The notes under the pieces: model-generated
Told to the model about the DNA's origin: nothing
Databases searched by the model: none
The model's input: only the letters and a program-made list of their open reading frames with translations
Origin: Octopus vulgaris
Taxonomy: Eukaryota
Length of the DNA: 64,000 nt
Direction: 5' to 3'
NCBI GenBank assembly: GCA_951406725.2
Contig: OX597829.1
Location: forward strand, 12,090,001-12,154,000
Position numbers and translations under genes: made by a program
Part shown: positions 45,416 through 58,061 of the stretch, piece after piece
Layout: each line of letters opens with the position of its first letter
Numbering within the stretch: position 1 is the first letter of the stretch

Positions 45416-45689
45416 AAATATGGATTTCGTAGACAGGAACTGAAACAAATCAATCATATATATATATGTATGTATATATGTAAGTCTATGTGTGTGTCTT
45501 TGTGTTTCTCCCTCATCATTGCTTCACAACTGCTGTTCATTTATTTACATCCACATGACTTACTGGTTTCACAAGAACAAACTAACAGAATAAGTACCAG
45601 TCTTATCAACATAAAAAAGCACTAGGCTGTGTCTCATATTTTTGTTTGCCCACTCAGTTGTATCTATCAATTTATCTTTGCATGTGTGT

Positions 45690-45950
<261 letters not shown>

Positions 45951-45951
<1 letters not shown>

Positions 45952-47240
45952 CACCCTAATGGGAGCCTTAACTCCAAAATTTTAGTAATTTCTTTTATGA
46001 TCCAAAACTAGGTCAAAAGTACTGAATGGATCTTTATGAAATTTGGAAATTATATTCTATGCATAAGGGCCATATGCCCCATGACAATTCATAAATTTAT
46101 GCTGTTGATGAAATTTTAACCATCGATATTAGACACAAATGAAGTAATATTTATAAAATTTCATCTACTTACAAGTTAGAAAGACCCCTCCATGGGGACT
46201 TAACACCCACAATTTTGTCATTTTATCTAAGCAAAAACGAATACAGTTATGCTCTTGGAAGCATAAAAGTTGAGCAGTATTTCTAATTCAATGGTACAAC
46301 AGTGTAACAGTTTGCTTTGAGATACACTTACATTGTGATTTCTGCTGTGTTGCATAAATTGTCAAGTAAATGAGAGGCATCGTTGCGTCCACTGATTCAG
46401 TTGCAAAGTGTTGAGTAAAGTTATTTGATTGCAGACCTCCTTTTAGTCTTTTTATTATCACTGGGTCACACATAGTCCCCAGATGGTAACATTGATTTCA
46501 AGGCCTTCCCAGATGAGTGACTGGTTATTCAAAGACATTTATAGATTGTAAACTTATTCTGTCCAGTTACGTATCAGTATAGTGGTCATTTGCAAACTCC
46601 AGATGTGACACTTTAATTTCTCCTTAGCCCTCACGTCACACAGTTGTTAATGTTGATTTCAGTTGGGTCACGCCCTTCCAATTGCTATAGATTCGTAATG
46701 CATCTTACGGCTGTACCTGACACCTGGATGGTGAGGAATCCTACATTGAGAGTGGTACCGACTAGAGTAGGGTAACGGACTGCATATTGTGATCATTCGT
46801 CTTTTGGTTTCCTGTAGCTTTGCTCTCTTTTACAAACCCAGTGAACATACATTTCCTATTTCAAAGAAATTCAAACAATAAGACCCAAGTTGAAAAGATT
46901 CTCAACAATTCAAATTCTCTGGTTGACATTAAGATGCCAACCCCCAACAGGGGCCTTAACTCTCACATTTTAGAGCTCCATGACCTTCATTTTTCAGGAG
47001 CAAAATCTTTTTAACAGGTTCAATAAGACTGGAATTTTGGAATATGCGCAAAAAATCAGTAATATAGGATACATGGGGCACGATTACAATTTTTTAGGAT
47101 GTGTAAAGAGGGAAATAACCCTCATATGTAATTTTGATGAAATTCGAAACATAGATATTCCAGTTAATTACAGAAAATATAACAGAAAAGTCTAATTCTT
47201 CAATTGAATGTAACCGGGCAACGCCGTAAAATTATAACTA
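45951..47240 (+). mobile_element. Probable non-autonomous Helitron/Helentron-like element
   Basis: Follows TC(TA)n. Carries AAAAGTACTGAATGGATCTTTATGAAATTTGG near the 5' end and ACCGGGCAACGCCG..ACTA at the 3' end, resembling non-autonomous Helitron termini. Confidence 0.5.
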
Positions 47241-47375
47241 AGGGTATCTAAAAGATACCCCCATGCTAGAGATAGCAGTCAAAACTTGACTCTACAATCA
47301 CATAAAGTATTCACACAGCAACAGGAGAAAAGACAAATACACAAATAAACTAGCAAAAGAAATCATTGGATAAGT

Positions 47376-47429
47376 CCAGATCTAGATTTCTGGCTTTCCA
47401 TAAAAATATATTCTCTGCCTCATCAGTGG
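47376..47429 (-). ncRNA. Type I hammerhead ribozyme with palindromic stem III
   Basis: Minus strand: CCA-CTGATGA-GGC...GCC-A-GAAA-TCTAGA-TC-TGG. Confidence 0.78.
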
Positions 47430-47454
47430 GATATACACAGATAGTACATGATTA

Positions 47455-47518
<64 letters not shown>

Positions 47519-47522
<4 letters not shown>

Positions 47523-47799
47523 TAAATTAGAGATAAAACCACTATTAGGCAAAAAAAACAGTGAAAAAAATAAACCAAAACATAAAAATAAATATAATTA
47601 GTATAATATACAAAATATATAAAATATAAAATTTAAAATTAAACTACATAAATGAAAAATTTTTTAAATTTTTAATTTATATATACAAATTTTGATATTT
47701 ATATATTTAATTTATAAATTTTTAAACTTTATTTTTTTATATTTATACTTATATATATATATATATTTTATATATATATATATTTATTTTTTTATTTTA

Positions 47800-47849
<50 letters not shown>

Positions 47850-48100
47850 TTAAATATTTTGAAATTTATTTTATTTATTTTTTATATATAACTACCAAAA
47901 ATGTTTTAAAAAGTTTAATATAATAAGTAAAACCACTACGTACGTTTCATGGCCATAACCCAATTCGAATTACAATAATTTAAATTCAATTAAAAATTCG
48001 AATTATAATTATAGTCAATCATCAGTTTAAAGATAATAGTTAAATAAATAAGCAAATATATTTAAACAATATGTTTTAAGAAATAAATAAAATAATAATT
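47519..48100 (-). mobile_element. AT-rich Penelope-terminal-like repeat containing a long-stem-II hammerhead (47931-48030)
   Basis: Homologous to 60678-61065 and 52270-52460. Minus strand: CTGATGA-[long hairpin with two AATTCGAATT]-GAAA-CGTACG-TA-GTGG. Confidence 0.7.
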
Positions 48101-48745
48101 TGAAAAAGTTAATTTGTATAAACACGAGACAAGTAGCCTTGTTTGTCTCGTGTTGGATATGTTTAACCCTAGCTTGGACCTTGCTGAAGTCTCGAGTATA
48201 ACCAGCTGAAACTGCAAAGATAATCAGGAACTCGACTGACGAAAGACCTGTCCTTGTTTTTTTCTTGTCCCCTTTTGTACCATCTAACTGTATTGATGTT
48301 TTGTTGTCGCCTGTTGCGTTCTTGTCCGATTTTTTGTATAATGAGTCGCAGATTTTTTATATATCTTTGCGATGTTTTAATAATAAAGTGTATATATGTA
48401 TAGGTAATTGCAACTATTAGTAGCTTGGAGTTTTAACTGCTCTTTCTAGCGAGTCAGATGTCCTGTTATTGGTCATCTCTTATGTGTTTAAATGTACACT
48501 GTATTTTTCTATAAATAATATAGTCTATTGATTAAATTTTCCTTCTCGCTAGACCACTGGCAACAAAGAATTTTTCTATAAATATTTTTTGCTACCATAA
48601 GACTTTAATTAATGATAAAAGGTTTTTGGCTAATTTTGATAGGAAATCGGTAATTTATTTACTGCCAGATAGTTTCGCATTTGCGCGGAGGATTCGAAAA
48701 ATTATAACATATAGACACAAGGCATGTTACTTATCGCCTTATATT

Positions 48746-48778
<33 letters not shown>

Positions 48779-48873
48779 GCATATAAACTTACATGCAAAC
48801 ATCAAAGATTCCGGCTGAGTGCGTTACCGTTCAAGTATATGTAGCGTCTAATTTTGCGGATGAATTTGTCATC

Positions 48874-48943
48874 GGGCAGTTTAGCTTAGTGATAGAGCAC
48901 CCAGAGTCTCGATGGATGTGGGTTCGACTCCCATGACTGGCTA
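48874..48943 (+). other. tRNA-like Pol III unit (pseudo-tRNA or SINE head) followed by a T7 tract
   Basis: A box TAGCTTAGTGATAGAGC, B box GGTTCGACTCC, imperfect acceptor stem, disrupted anticodon arm, TTTTTTT at ~48952. Confidence 0.6.
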
Positions 48944-50216
48944 TGGAGAAATTTTTTTGCTTTGTAAGGGGTAGTTTAACCAGTATTTCTGCTGTTCTAA
49001 TGACAAATCTCCGTTCAGAAAAAGAAAAAATATCATCTTATTTGTATCGTTCTATACACATTTCGACGTTTACAAAATCAATTGTTTGTTCATATTTATA
49101 CACTTAGTTCTACATTTAGTTATTTAGCCACAAATTACACTGTTGAATTTGTCTGAGGGCAGTGGGTGACAGCCAGAGACGCAGGCGAACCGTAGTGAGC
49201 TCACCGTATTTTAATCGAAATTGACTGCAAAGTTTTATCGTAATTTGTATTTAGTTTATCAGTTTGACACCCACACGTGCGAATATAAATACGTTTGTGA
49301 AATTAAATTTTTAACACTTTTGTTTTCAAAATATTATCGTTCGCATAACATAGATATAAATGTTATATATATTTACTTTCACTTTTTTCTTTCGCTTTCT
49401 TCCATTCTTCTATGCTTGCTTTTTCTGATACAAGCCCTTATTTCCCTTTCCAATTAAATAATAGCATATTTTACTGATTTCTACAGTAAGAAAAGTGATC
49501 AAAAATACGTGCACGCATACATGCATACATAGATATGTATATGTATGCATATGAATATATAGATATCTAAGCGTGTATATATATGTGTTGAAAGTTACGA
49601 GACGATGATGAATCAAAACTGCTTACTATTTATCATAGTTGAATATTACGTCATTGACATTTGTGCACTATATATTTACTTATATAATAATGAGAATAAA
49701 TACAAACGATCTTGATTGTGGAAAGCATTAACATTAACAAATCAAAATAATAAAAAGAATTAAACCATTATTAAATTAGTAAGTAGTATTTTTAACTTAA
49801 TATTACCTGTTACCTTTTTTTTTTAAATAATAATAACCACAATTCCTGAGATACATATTTACAGGCGTGAATTCAGGATAACCCGTCTTCTGTTTTTGGT
49901 GTTAAGGAGTCTACTTCTAGAATTTAAGATTTGGAATAATTCTTTCATACGGAGAAAGCAATAGGCATTTCCAATTTTATAGGCACCAGCCCTGCTTATT
50001 ATTTCCCACTCCAAAGTAAACATTTTGTTCTTGTCCTAAGGCTAGTATAAAACGACTTATTTCTATTATTAAAGGTGTAATTGTGGGTTACAAATTTGCT
50101 TCCCAACGATATGCTTCCAGATTTCATCACGCTGCGCGAAACCTTCAATAGCGTCAGGTGGGACAAAGCGTTGTGAATAGATTTGGTTGACGGAGACTGA
50201 AAGAAACTCGTTGTAT

Positions 50217-50700
50217 GAGTAACTACTGCATTTGTTGAATATATAAACAGTTCGGCTACTTGTTTCTCTGGAGACTGTCAAAATGATGCGGACGCCTCTG
50301 ATGAGAACCCAATAAGGTTCGAAAATCGATTAAGGTTGTTCATCATTCTTTCAGTCTGCGTAGAAATGGCTAAAAATTGCCGTTTATAATTATGCCATAT
50401 GTTACGTATACGTTATATCATGCTTTGATACTGTGTGGACTAAGATACCCGTTGACATCCCGCTGGTATTTATAGGGCGTTAAACACTTTCGGTATGCAA
50501 CTTAGGGACGTCTTCATAGAGTAACTGCTGTAGTCGTTGAGTATATAAACAGTTTGGTTGCTTGTTTCTCTGGAGACTGTCAGAATGATGTGGACGCCTC
50601 TGATAAGGTTAGAAAATCTATTAAGGTGGTTCATCATTCTTTCAGTCAGCGGGAAAATGGCTAAAATTTGCCGTTTATAATTACACCATATGTTACATTG
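50217..50700 (+). mobile_element. Direct repeat with ~300-nt period, each unit carrying a hammerhead (retrozyme/pLTR-like)
   Basis: 50217-50407 is similar to 50519-50697. Confidence 0.8.
50282..50347 (+). ncRNA. Type I hammerhead ribozyme
   Basis: AATGATG..GCCT-CTGATGA-GAACC caataa GGTTC-GAAA-ATCGAT-TA-AGGT..CATCATT. Extended stem I and palindromic stem III. Confidence 0.88.
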
Positions 50701-50794
50701 TATGTATGTATGTATGTATGTATGTATGTATGTATGTATGTATGTATGTATGTATGTATGTATGTATGTATGTATGTATATATATATATATATA

Positions 50795-50960
50795 GGACTG
50801 GGAGTGGGTGTGTGGTAAGAAGCTTGCTTCTTAACCACATGGTTCCGGGTTCAGTCCCACTATGTGGCATCTTGGGCAAGTGTCTTCTACTATAGCTTCG
50901 GGCAAATCAAAGCCTTGTGAGTCGATTTGGTAGATGGAAACTAAGAGAAAACCTTGGTAT
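50795..50960 (+). mobile_element. SINE family A head
   Basis: GTGTGGTAAGAAGCTTGCTTCTTAACCACATGGTTCCGGGTTCAGTCCCAC. Confidence 0.9.
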
Positions 50961-50967
50961 ATATATG

Positions 50968-51035
<68 letters not shown>

Positions 51036-51155
51036 TGAGTTGAGTATAGAAATTCGGGGTGAGTACTTGATAATTATAAGCACCTGTGTATACCGTTTGG
51101 TGGTGTAGGTGGTGGAGTAAATTGATCAAAATAAAAACATGATGCGAAGGATTCA

Positions 51156-51233
51156 GCGGTACATATGTTTCGGGCCTTTATTAGACAGATTTATAACAAT
51201 GCATAATGTATGTCTGTGGCCTTCTTCAGCCGC
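51156..51233 (-). ncRNA. Type I hammerhead ribozyme (left arm of inverted repeat 51118-51261)
   Basis: Exact reverse complement of the motif at 52032-52109. Confidence 0.88.
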
Positions 51234-52031
51234 GCACAACAGCTTCCACAAGGACATGTGTTACATCAAAAATTCTTGGTTGGGGATGCAAATCCTCTCA
51301 TTCGCGTACGACATAATGCGGCAGCAGCATAGAATTGAAGCGTCCATCTCTTTCTTCTCTCAATGTAGAATGAGGAAATTTGGATGTTGAAGTAATGTAA
51401 ATAAATAAATACATATATAGACGTGAAGATGGAGGGGCGAGAATTCAGGACGAGGGATAAAAAATGTATAAAAAGTGTAAGTATAGAAAAATATAAAAAT
51501 GTAGATTATAAAGATATAAAGGGATATAAGGAGATGTAAAGGGGGTATAAAGAATATAAAGAACTATAAATAAATATAAATAAATGTAAAGGCATAAGGT
51601 TATAAAGTAAAAATAGAAATAGAAATAAAAGTAAAAAGTAAAAAAATAAGAATAGGAATAAACATGATAAAAATGTAAAAAATATAAAGATAAGGGATGT
51701 ATAGAGGTTACGGACCAAACATGGTGGTCAGGAGATTGATAAAATTTAGTTGTAGAAGTTTTGGGTGTCAATAAATCAACAGTGTCGTCTGGGGACCTAA
51801 TGTGTTGTAAATCAGAGCTGTTGAGCTTTTAATCTGGTTCTTTGAATTAATTGGTCATCTAGAACATACATACCATCATGGATACATACACCCATATACA
51901 CGCGTACATATACGCCTCCAAGCCTATAAGCATACACACGCACTTACGTGTAAACATGTACATAAACATACACACACCCACACGCACGCGCGTACATATA
52001 CATACACATGTCCTTGTGGAAGCTGTTTTGC

Positions 52032-52109
52032 GCGGCTGAAGAAGGCCACAGACATACATTATGCATTGTTATAAATCTGTCTAATAAAGGCCCGAAACAT
52101 ATGTACCGC
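52032..52109 (+). ncRNA. Type I hammerhead ribozyme (right arm of inverted repeat 52004-52147)
   Basis: GCGG-CTGAAGA-A-GGCC-ACAGA...TCTGT...GGCC-C-GAAA-CATATG-TA-CCGC. Confidence 0.88.
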
Positions 52110-52269
52110 TGAATCCTTCGCATCATGTTTTTATTTTGATCAATTTATATATATATATGTATATATATATAAATAATAATATTAGGGAATAAGTCCAAAC
52201 TTAAAGGGAAAAATTAGATTTAGGATTAAATCCAATTTTATAGTATAAATATATTATATTATATTATAT

Positions 52270-52458
52270 TAAATTAGAGATAAAACCACTATTAGGCAAA
52301 TAAAATATATATTTGTATAAATATATTTAAAATTTATAAGTTTAAATTATTTAAATAATTTTTTAATTTTTAACTTTTATATTTTTAAATTAATTTTATG
52401 TATTGGCTTATGTTTTTCACTTTTGTTTTTGCCTAATAGTGGTTTTATCTCTAATTTA

Positions 52459-52460
<2 letters not shown>
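52270..52460. repeat. Inverted pair of termini of the AT-rich family
   Basis: TTAAATTAGAGATAAAACCACTATTAGGCAAA at ~52270 and its reverse complement at ~52428-52460. Confidence 0.85.
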
Positions 52461-52501
<41 letters not shown>

Positions 52502-52549
52502 ATATGTGTATTTATATTTATATACGCATTTATATATGCATGTATGTAT

Positions 52550-52925
52550 TTGTGTGTCTGTGTTTGTACCCCAACATCGCTTGACAACCGATTTTGGTGT
52601 GTTTACGCCCCCGAAATTTAGGGGTTCGGCGAAAGGGACCGATAGAAATACTAGGCTTACAAAGAATAAGTCCTGGAGTCGATTTGCTCGACTAAAGGCG
52701 GAGCTCCAGCATGGCTGCAGTCAAAATGACTGAAACAAGTAGAACTGTAGAAGAATATATATAAATGTGTGTGTGTGTTTCTTTGTGTTTGTACTCCAAC
52801 GCCGCTCAACAACCACTGCTGGTTTGTTTGCATCCCCGTAACGTTCGACAAAAGGGTAGTTAAAATAAGTAACAGGCTTAGAAAAACTAAATGTTCAGGG
52901 GTAGATTCATTCGACTAAAAATTCT
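52550..52925 (+). mobile_element. Two SINE family A tail segments
   Basis: CATCGCTTGACAACCG...GGCTTACAAAGAATAAGTCCTGG..CTAAAGGCGG. Confidence 0.85.
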
Positions 52926-53030
52926 CTCTCCCCCCTCTCTCTCTCTCTATCTATATATATAAGATTAGAAAATAGAGAGGTAATTATTAATAAATTATTA
53001 TTGAACACCTATTTTCTATATATTTAACTA

Positions 53031-53109
53031 CCTCTGAAGAGATCCAGCTTTCAAATAATTTTTAATTTATTTAATTTACTGACGATCTGGAATTGAAACA
53101 GCTGTAAGG
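53031..53109 (+). ncRNA. Type I hammerhead ribozyme with long stem II
   Basis: CCT-CTGAAGA-..TCCAG...CTGGA..-GAAA-CAGCTG-TA-AGG. Confidence 0.75.
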
Positions 53110-53245
53110 AATGTTTGTCAATTTTTTTATTAATAAATGATAACGAGGTTTGCAACCTGTAATTGTGCTGATATATATATGAATTTTTACGTAATGAGAT
53201 AAAAAACCAAGGGTGTGCAGATTTTAGAACATTTACCAATAGATA

Positions 53246-53293
53246 GTCTTACAGCTGTTTGTAGGATATTTATTATATCCCTTCATCGGAGAC
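53246..53293 (-). ncRNA. Type I hammerhead-like motif (U4C and G12C variants)
   Basis: Minus strand: GTCT-CCGATGA-..GGATAT..ATATCC..-CAAA-CAGCTG-TA-AGAC. Confidence 0.65.
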
Positions 53294-53525
53294 AGTGTGA
53301 GAAGATGTTTAAGCAATAGTTAATTAAGATAAGATGCGAAATAGAGAGTGAGGTGGAGGAATGAAAATAGATGTGAGATATGCAGGGATATTGTATTTGT
53401 AGATCCATTATTTAGGCAGAATGGTATACATATAAATTTCTAATACGTTATGAATAAAATCCAATAGTATTTAGTATTTCAGTCTCACTGACACTATAAT
53501 CTTCCATAACCTATCTATCTCTCTC

Positions 53526-53583
<58 letters not shown>

Positions 53584-53734
53584 CACACACATATATATAT
53601 TCTTCGCCACTACTACATGATCCGTGCTCGACCCCACCGGGTCGCCGCTTGCCTAAATACCTTCTATAGCTTTGGACCAACTAAAGTGGATTTTGTAGAT
53701 GATAGCTGAAGCCCGTCGTATATATATGTATATG

Positions 53735-53812
<78 letters not shown>

Positions 53813-54161
53813 CGTGTGTGTGTATATGTATGTATGTGTATACATATATATATATGTCTGTGTCTGCGTGTAACTACTTATATCTATGTGTGTGTGTCTT
53901 TGTGTCACTCCCCGACCATGGCTTGGCAACCGGTGATGGTGTGTTACAGTCACCCTAACTTATATACGATGGTCCTCTTTCAGTTTCCGTCTTCAATATT
54001 TGCTCACAAGATTCGGTCAGCCCGAGGATATTGTAAAAGACAGTCGTCGAAGGTGGTATGCTGTAGAACTAAAATCGGAACCATATCGTTGGGAAGAAAG
54101 CTTCTTACCACAAAGCCACGCCTTTATGTTACGTGTGTGTGTATGTATGTATGTTTGCATG

Positions 54162-54215
<54 letters not shown>

Positions 54216-54216
54216 T

Positions 54217-55184
54217 AAAGATGCAATAACAAGACAACAAGACAACGACATACGTAGGGGAAACGGCAAGAAACATAGGAGAGCGGGTAAATGAACATTG
54301 GAGACATCTCAAGGTAGGGAAAAGCTCATCGATTCTGTACCAACACGCCAAACAGGAACACGGGGGATCAATCAACAACATAGAAGTTAAAATATTGTCC
54401 ACATATAGAACAGATGCAACGATCAGACAAATTACAGAAGCTACACACATAATAGAAGATAAACCTAGCATGAATAGGAAATTGGAATGGAACACTAGCA
54501 CACACCACAACATATGACGGTAGAGGATCCCCATAAACTGGTTACAATATAAACAAAACCGAAAACACAATAAATAAAATACACAGATAAATAAACAAAT
54601 AGAAATAAATAACTATATAAGTTTTTTTGGTTTAATTTAAAAGATTTAAAAAATTTATTATTACTATTATTATTACTAGTATTGTTGTTATAAATACATA
54701 CATACAAGCATACGTAATGATAATAATAATATGTGGATGTAAACACATAAACAAAATAAGAATAAACAAAAACAACAAAAACAAATTACATAAACGTATA
54801 CAAACAGAAGATACAAATATTAAAGGCACCCCCCACACACTAAATAAACATAGACGCACATAGAGATATAAGCATGTGCAAATGAAGACATACAATAGAA
54901 AAACAAAATGGCTGACTGTTAGTTAAGAGAGACACAAATAAGAAAGAAGAAAACAAAGGACCACTGACGCGGTCACAGGAGTGTGACTAAAGAACTCTGG
55001 CGAAATAAGATTAAGATTAATGTAAAAAATAAATAACACTGAAGTAACACCAAATATATAGTGCATGTGTTTTTATTGTGTGTTTTTATTGGCTAAACTG
55101 GCAATATGACCATTCCAAAATATAACAATATCTGTTTCAACACACGACTTCACATAAAAAATCTTGCACAACAAATATTTAAAC

Positions 55185-55190
<6 letters not shown>
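54217..55190 (+). mobile_element. 3' fragment / pseudo-LTR of the Naiad-like Penelope element
   Basis: TYVGETARNIGERVNEH...QITEATHII plus a 3' UTR, colinear with 57770-58817. HHR-like motif at 54958-55001. Confidence 0.9.
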
Positions 55191-55248
<58 letters not shown>

Positions 55249-55716
55249 TATTGTTGTATTTAGGAATGGTCATTTTGCCAGTTTAGCCAATAAAACACAC
55301 GCACTATATATTTGGTGTTACTTTGCTTCAGTGTTATTTATTTTTTCTTCTTACTTATTTGTGTCACTCCTTACTAACCGTCAGCCATTTTGTATTTCTA
55401 TTGTATGTCTTCATTTGCGCATGCTTATATCTCTATGTGCGTTTATGTTTATTTAGTGTGTGTGTGGGGGGATGCCTGTAATATTTATATCTTCTGTTTA
55501 TATATGTTCATGTAATTTGTAATTTTATATGTTCATGTAATTTGTATTTTGTATTTCGTTTTTTGTTTTTTGTTTTTGTTGTTTTTGTTTATTCTTATTT
55601 TGTTCATGTGTTTACATCCACCCATTATTATCATTACATATGCTTGTATGTATGTATGTATAACAACAATACTATTAATGATAATAATAAATTGAATCGA
55701 AAAAAAAACTTACTGC

Positions 55717-58061
55717 ATGAACCGGATTTATCCAACAACATTACCCTTCAACAAAAGAGTCTACATCCCTAGACATAATAATGACCACATAGAAGCACAG
55801 TTCACTATAGCTAGGACCAAACTTAGACAGATTTTAGGATTATACACTAAGAGACAGAGACAGAATAAGACAGAGGCCCAACAACTCGGGATTAAACCTG
55901 CATGTGGCCTACATAAGCTCATTCAGCGCACGAGGAACGGAGAGGTGGTATGCCTTCCCACAGATAAGTACGGCAGGATGTCAATAGACAGGTTACCGAA
56001 CTACATCCAGGCAATGCAAACTCATATCGCCAATACAAAGATAACAACTGTACAGGCACATGAGGAGAGAGAAAAGGTCCTCAACGCCCACATGATGATG
56101 TGGACAATTGTTCTGGGACCCCAGAAACGTACAGGAAATAATTTCCAAACCTGGAACAATGATATCCCGGCACTGTATGGACTTCGCAAGGACCATAAAG
56201 GTTTTACTGACCCTATAGCAGGACCACCAACAAGACCAGTCTGTGGAGCGAATATCGCTAGCAATTACAGAATCTCCTACTTCCTCTCAATGATCATACG
56301 CCCTATAATCAGGATGTCACCTGATGTGTGTGACAGCACAGAATATCTCCTCAGCAGGATCGATGACTGTAACAGCACTTGTGACCTGACAGGATGTATG
56401 GTGGGTAGCATGGATGTGGTATCCCTATACCCATCGATCGACGTAGATTTTGCGGTGGAGAAGTGCGTGGAGATGATCAATGAGAGCCAGGTGGAGTTCT
56501 GTAATGTCAACACAGAAGAACTGGGCCTCCTACTTAGACTGAGATGTAATACTGAATACTTAGATAAACGTAATCTTAGTAGTTTCTGCCCCAGTAGATG
56601 TTTAAGAGGTAGACCACCCACAATTACTTCTATGGCTAGAAAGACACATATAGAAAGATGGCGCAGATGGACCAGAGCCATACGGAGCCCCGCAAATGTC
56701 CATCAGATAAAGAAAATGATCGCACATGCACTAGGAGCTAGTATAAGAATTACCCTAAAAGGCCACACGTTTAAGTTTAATAATAAAATATATGCCCAGG
56801 ACGAGGGGGCAGCCATCGGCGTTAGTATCGCTGGTGATGTGGCCAACCTTTTCATGGTATGGTGGGACAGAAGGCTTAAAGAACGCCTAACACAGAACTC
56901 CATACTCGTAAACATGTAATCTCGCTATGTTGATGATATCAATATAGTGATAAAGGCACCCCCACAAGAGAGTAATGTTGATATAGTAATAGAAACTAAT
57001 ACTATGAAGAGCATCCAGCAAATAGCTAACTCCATCCACCAGAGTATTAAGGTCACAATAGACTACCCCACTAAACACCCCAACCATAGACTAGCAGTAC
57101 TAGACACCGAACTCTGGCTAGAAATTGTGAATAATAAAACCCAAATCCTTCATTCATACTATGCAAAACCTATGGCCTCAAAATACTTGATCCACCGGAA
57201 CTCAGCCATTGCGGACAATGCCAAATTCAATATTCTGATGGCAGACCTCGTCAGAATAATGAGAAATGTGACATGCATATGCGAGCCCACAGAGTTAAAG
57301 AGACACATACAATATTTCATTCACCGCATGCAGTTCTCAGGTTACAGCCATAAAGAAAGGATCAGAGTATACAAGGAGCCATTAAGAAATTTGATAATAT
57401 ATTATGTAATGATAGGAATGGTATTTGCCCACTCTATAGGAACAAGTCATGGAACACTATAGAAAGGACAAAAAAGAAAATAGGGAAGGCCAACTCTTGG
57501 TATGATAGCCATAAATACCAGAGTATCATGTTCGTTGACACCACCCCTGGAGGTGAACTGGCGTATCGCTTTAGAAGGACCCTAGACAAACTTAAGCTAA
57601 GAATTAAGGTTGTTGAAAAGCCAGGCAACCCTATCAAATCTATAATTGGTAGAACCTATCCTTTTAGTAGAACCCCCTGTACGGATAAGTACTGTACTGT
57701 ATGTAGATTTAGCCCACAAACAAACTGTAAAGCCAGAAATGTAGTCTATAGTATAAGATGTATAGAGGGACGATGCAGTAACAAGACAACGACATACGTA
57801 AGGGAAACGGCAAGAAGCATAGGAGAGCGGGTAAATGAGCATTGGAGACAACTCAAGGAAGGTAAAAGCTCATCGATTCTGTGCCAACACGCCGAACAAG
57901 AACACGGGGGATCAATCAATAACATAGAAATTAAAATATTATCCACACATAGATCAGATGCAACAATTAGACAAATTACAGAAGCTACACACATAATAGA
58001 AAATAAACCTAGTCTGAATAGAAAACTAGAATGGAGCACTAACACACACCACAACATATGA
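55717..58061 (+). pseudogene. Penelope-like RT and GIY-YIG endonuclease (one nonsense codon at 56917, frameshift near 57375)
   Basis: PTDKYGR, LYGLRKDHK..PPTRPVCG, GSMDVVSLYPSID, GAAIGVSIAGDVAN, *SRYVDDI, MFVDTTPGGELA and CTDKYCTVC..C..NVVYSIRC..TYVRETAR..RVNEH. Confidence 0.92.

Noticed and set aside
48121-48250. 12-bp hairpin and CTGAAGT...GAAAC motif as another ribozyme
   Set aside because: The hairpin is real, but the core and stems I/III are too degenerate to call.
55717-58061. Selenocysteine recoding, as reported for some Naiad elements
   Set aside because: The internal stop is TAA at a likely Tyr position, and the cysteines use TGT/TGC. I saw no in-frame TGA at Cys positions.
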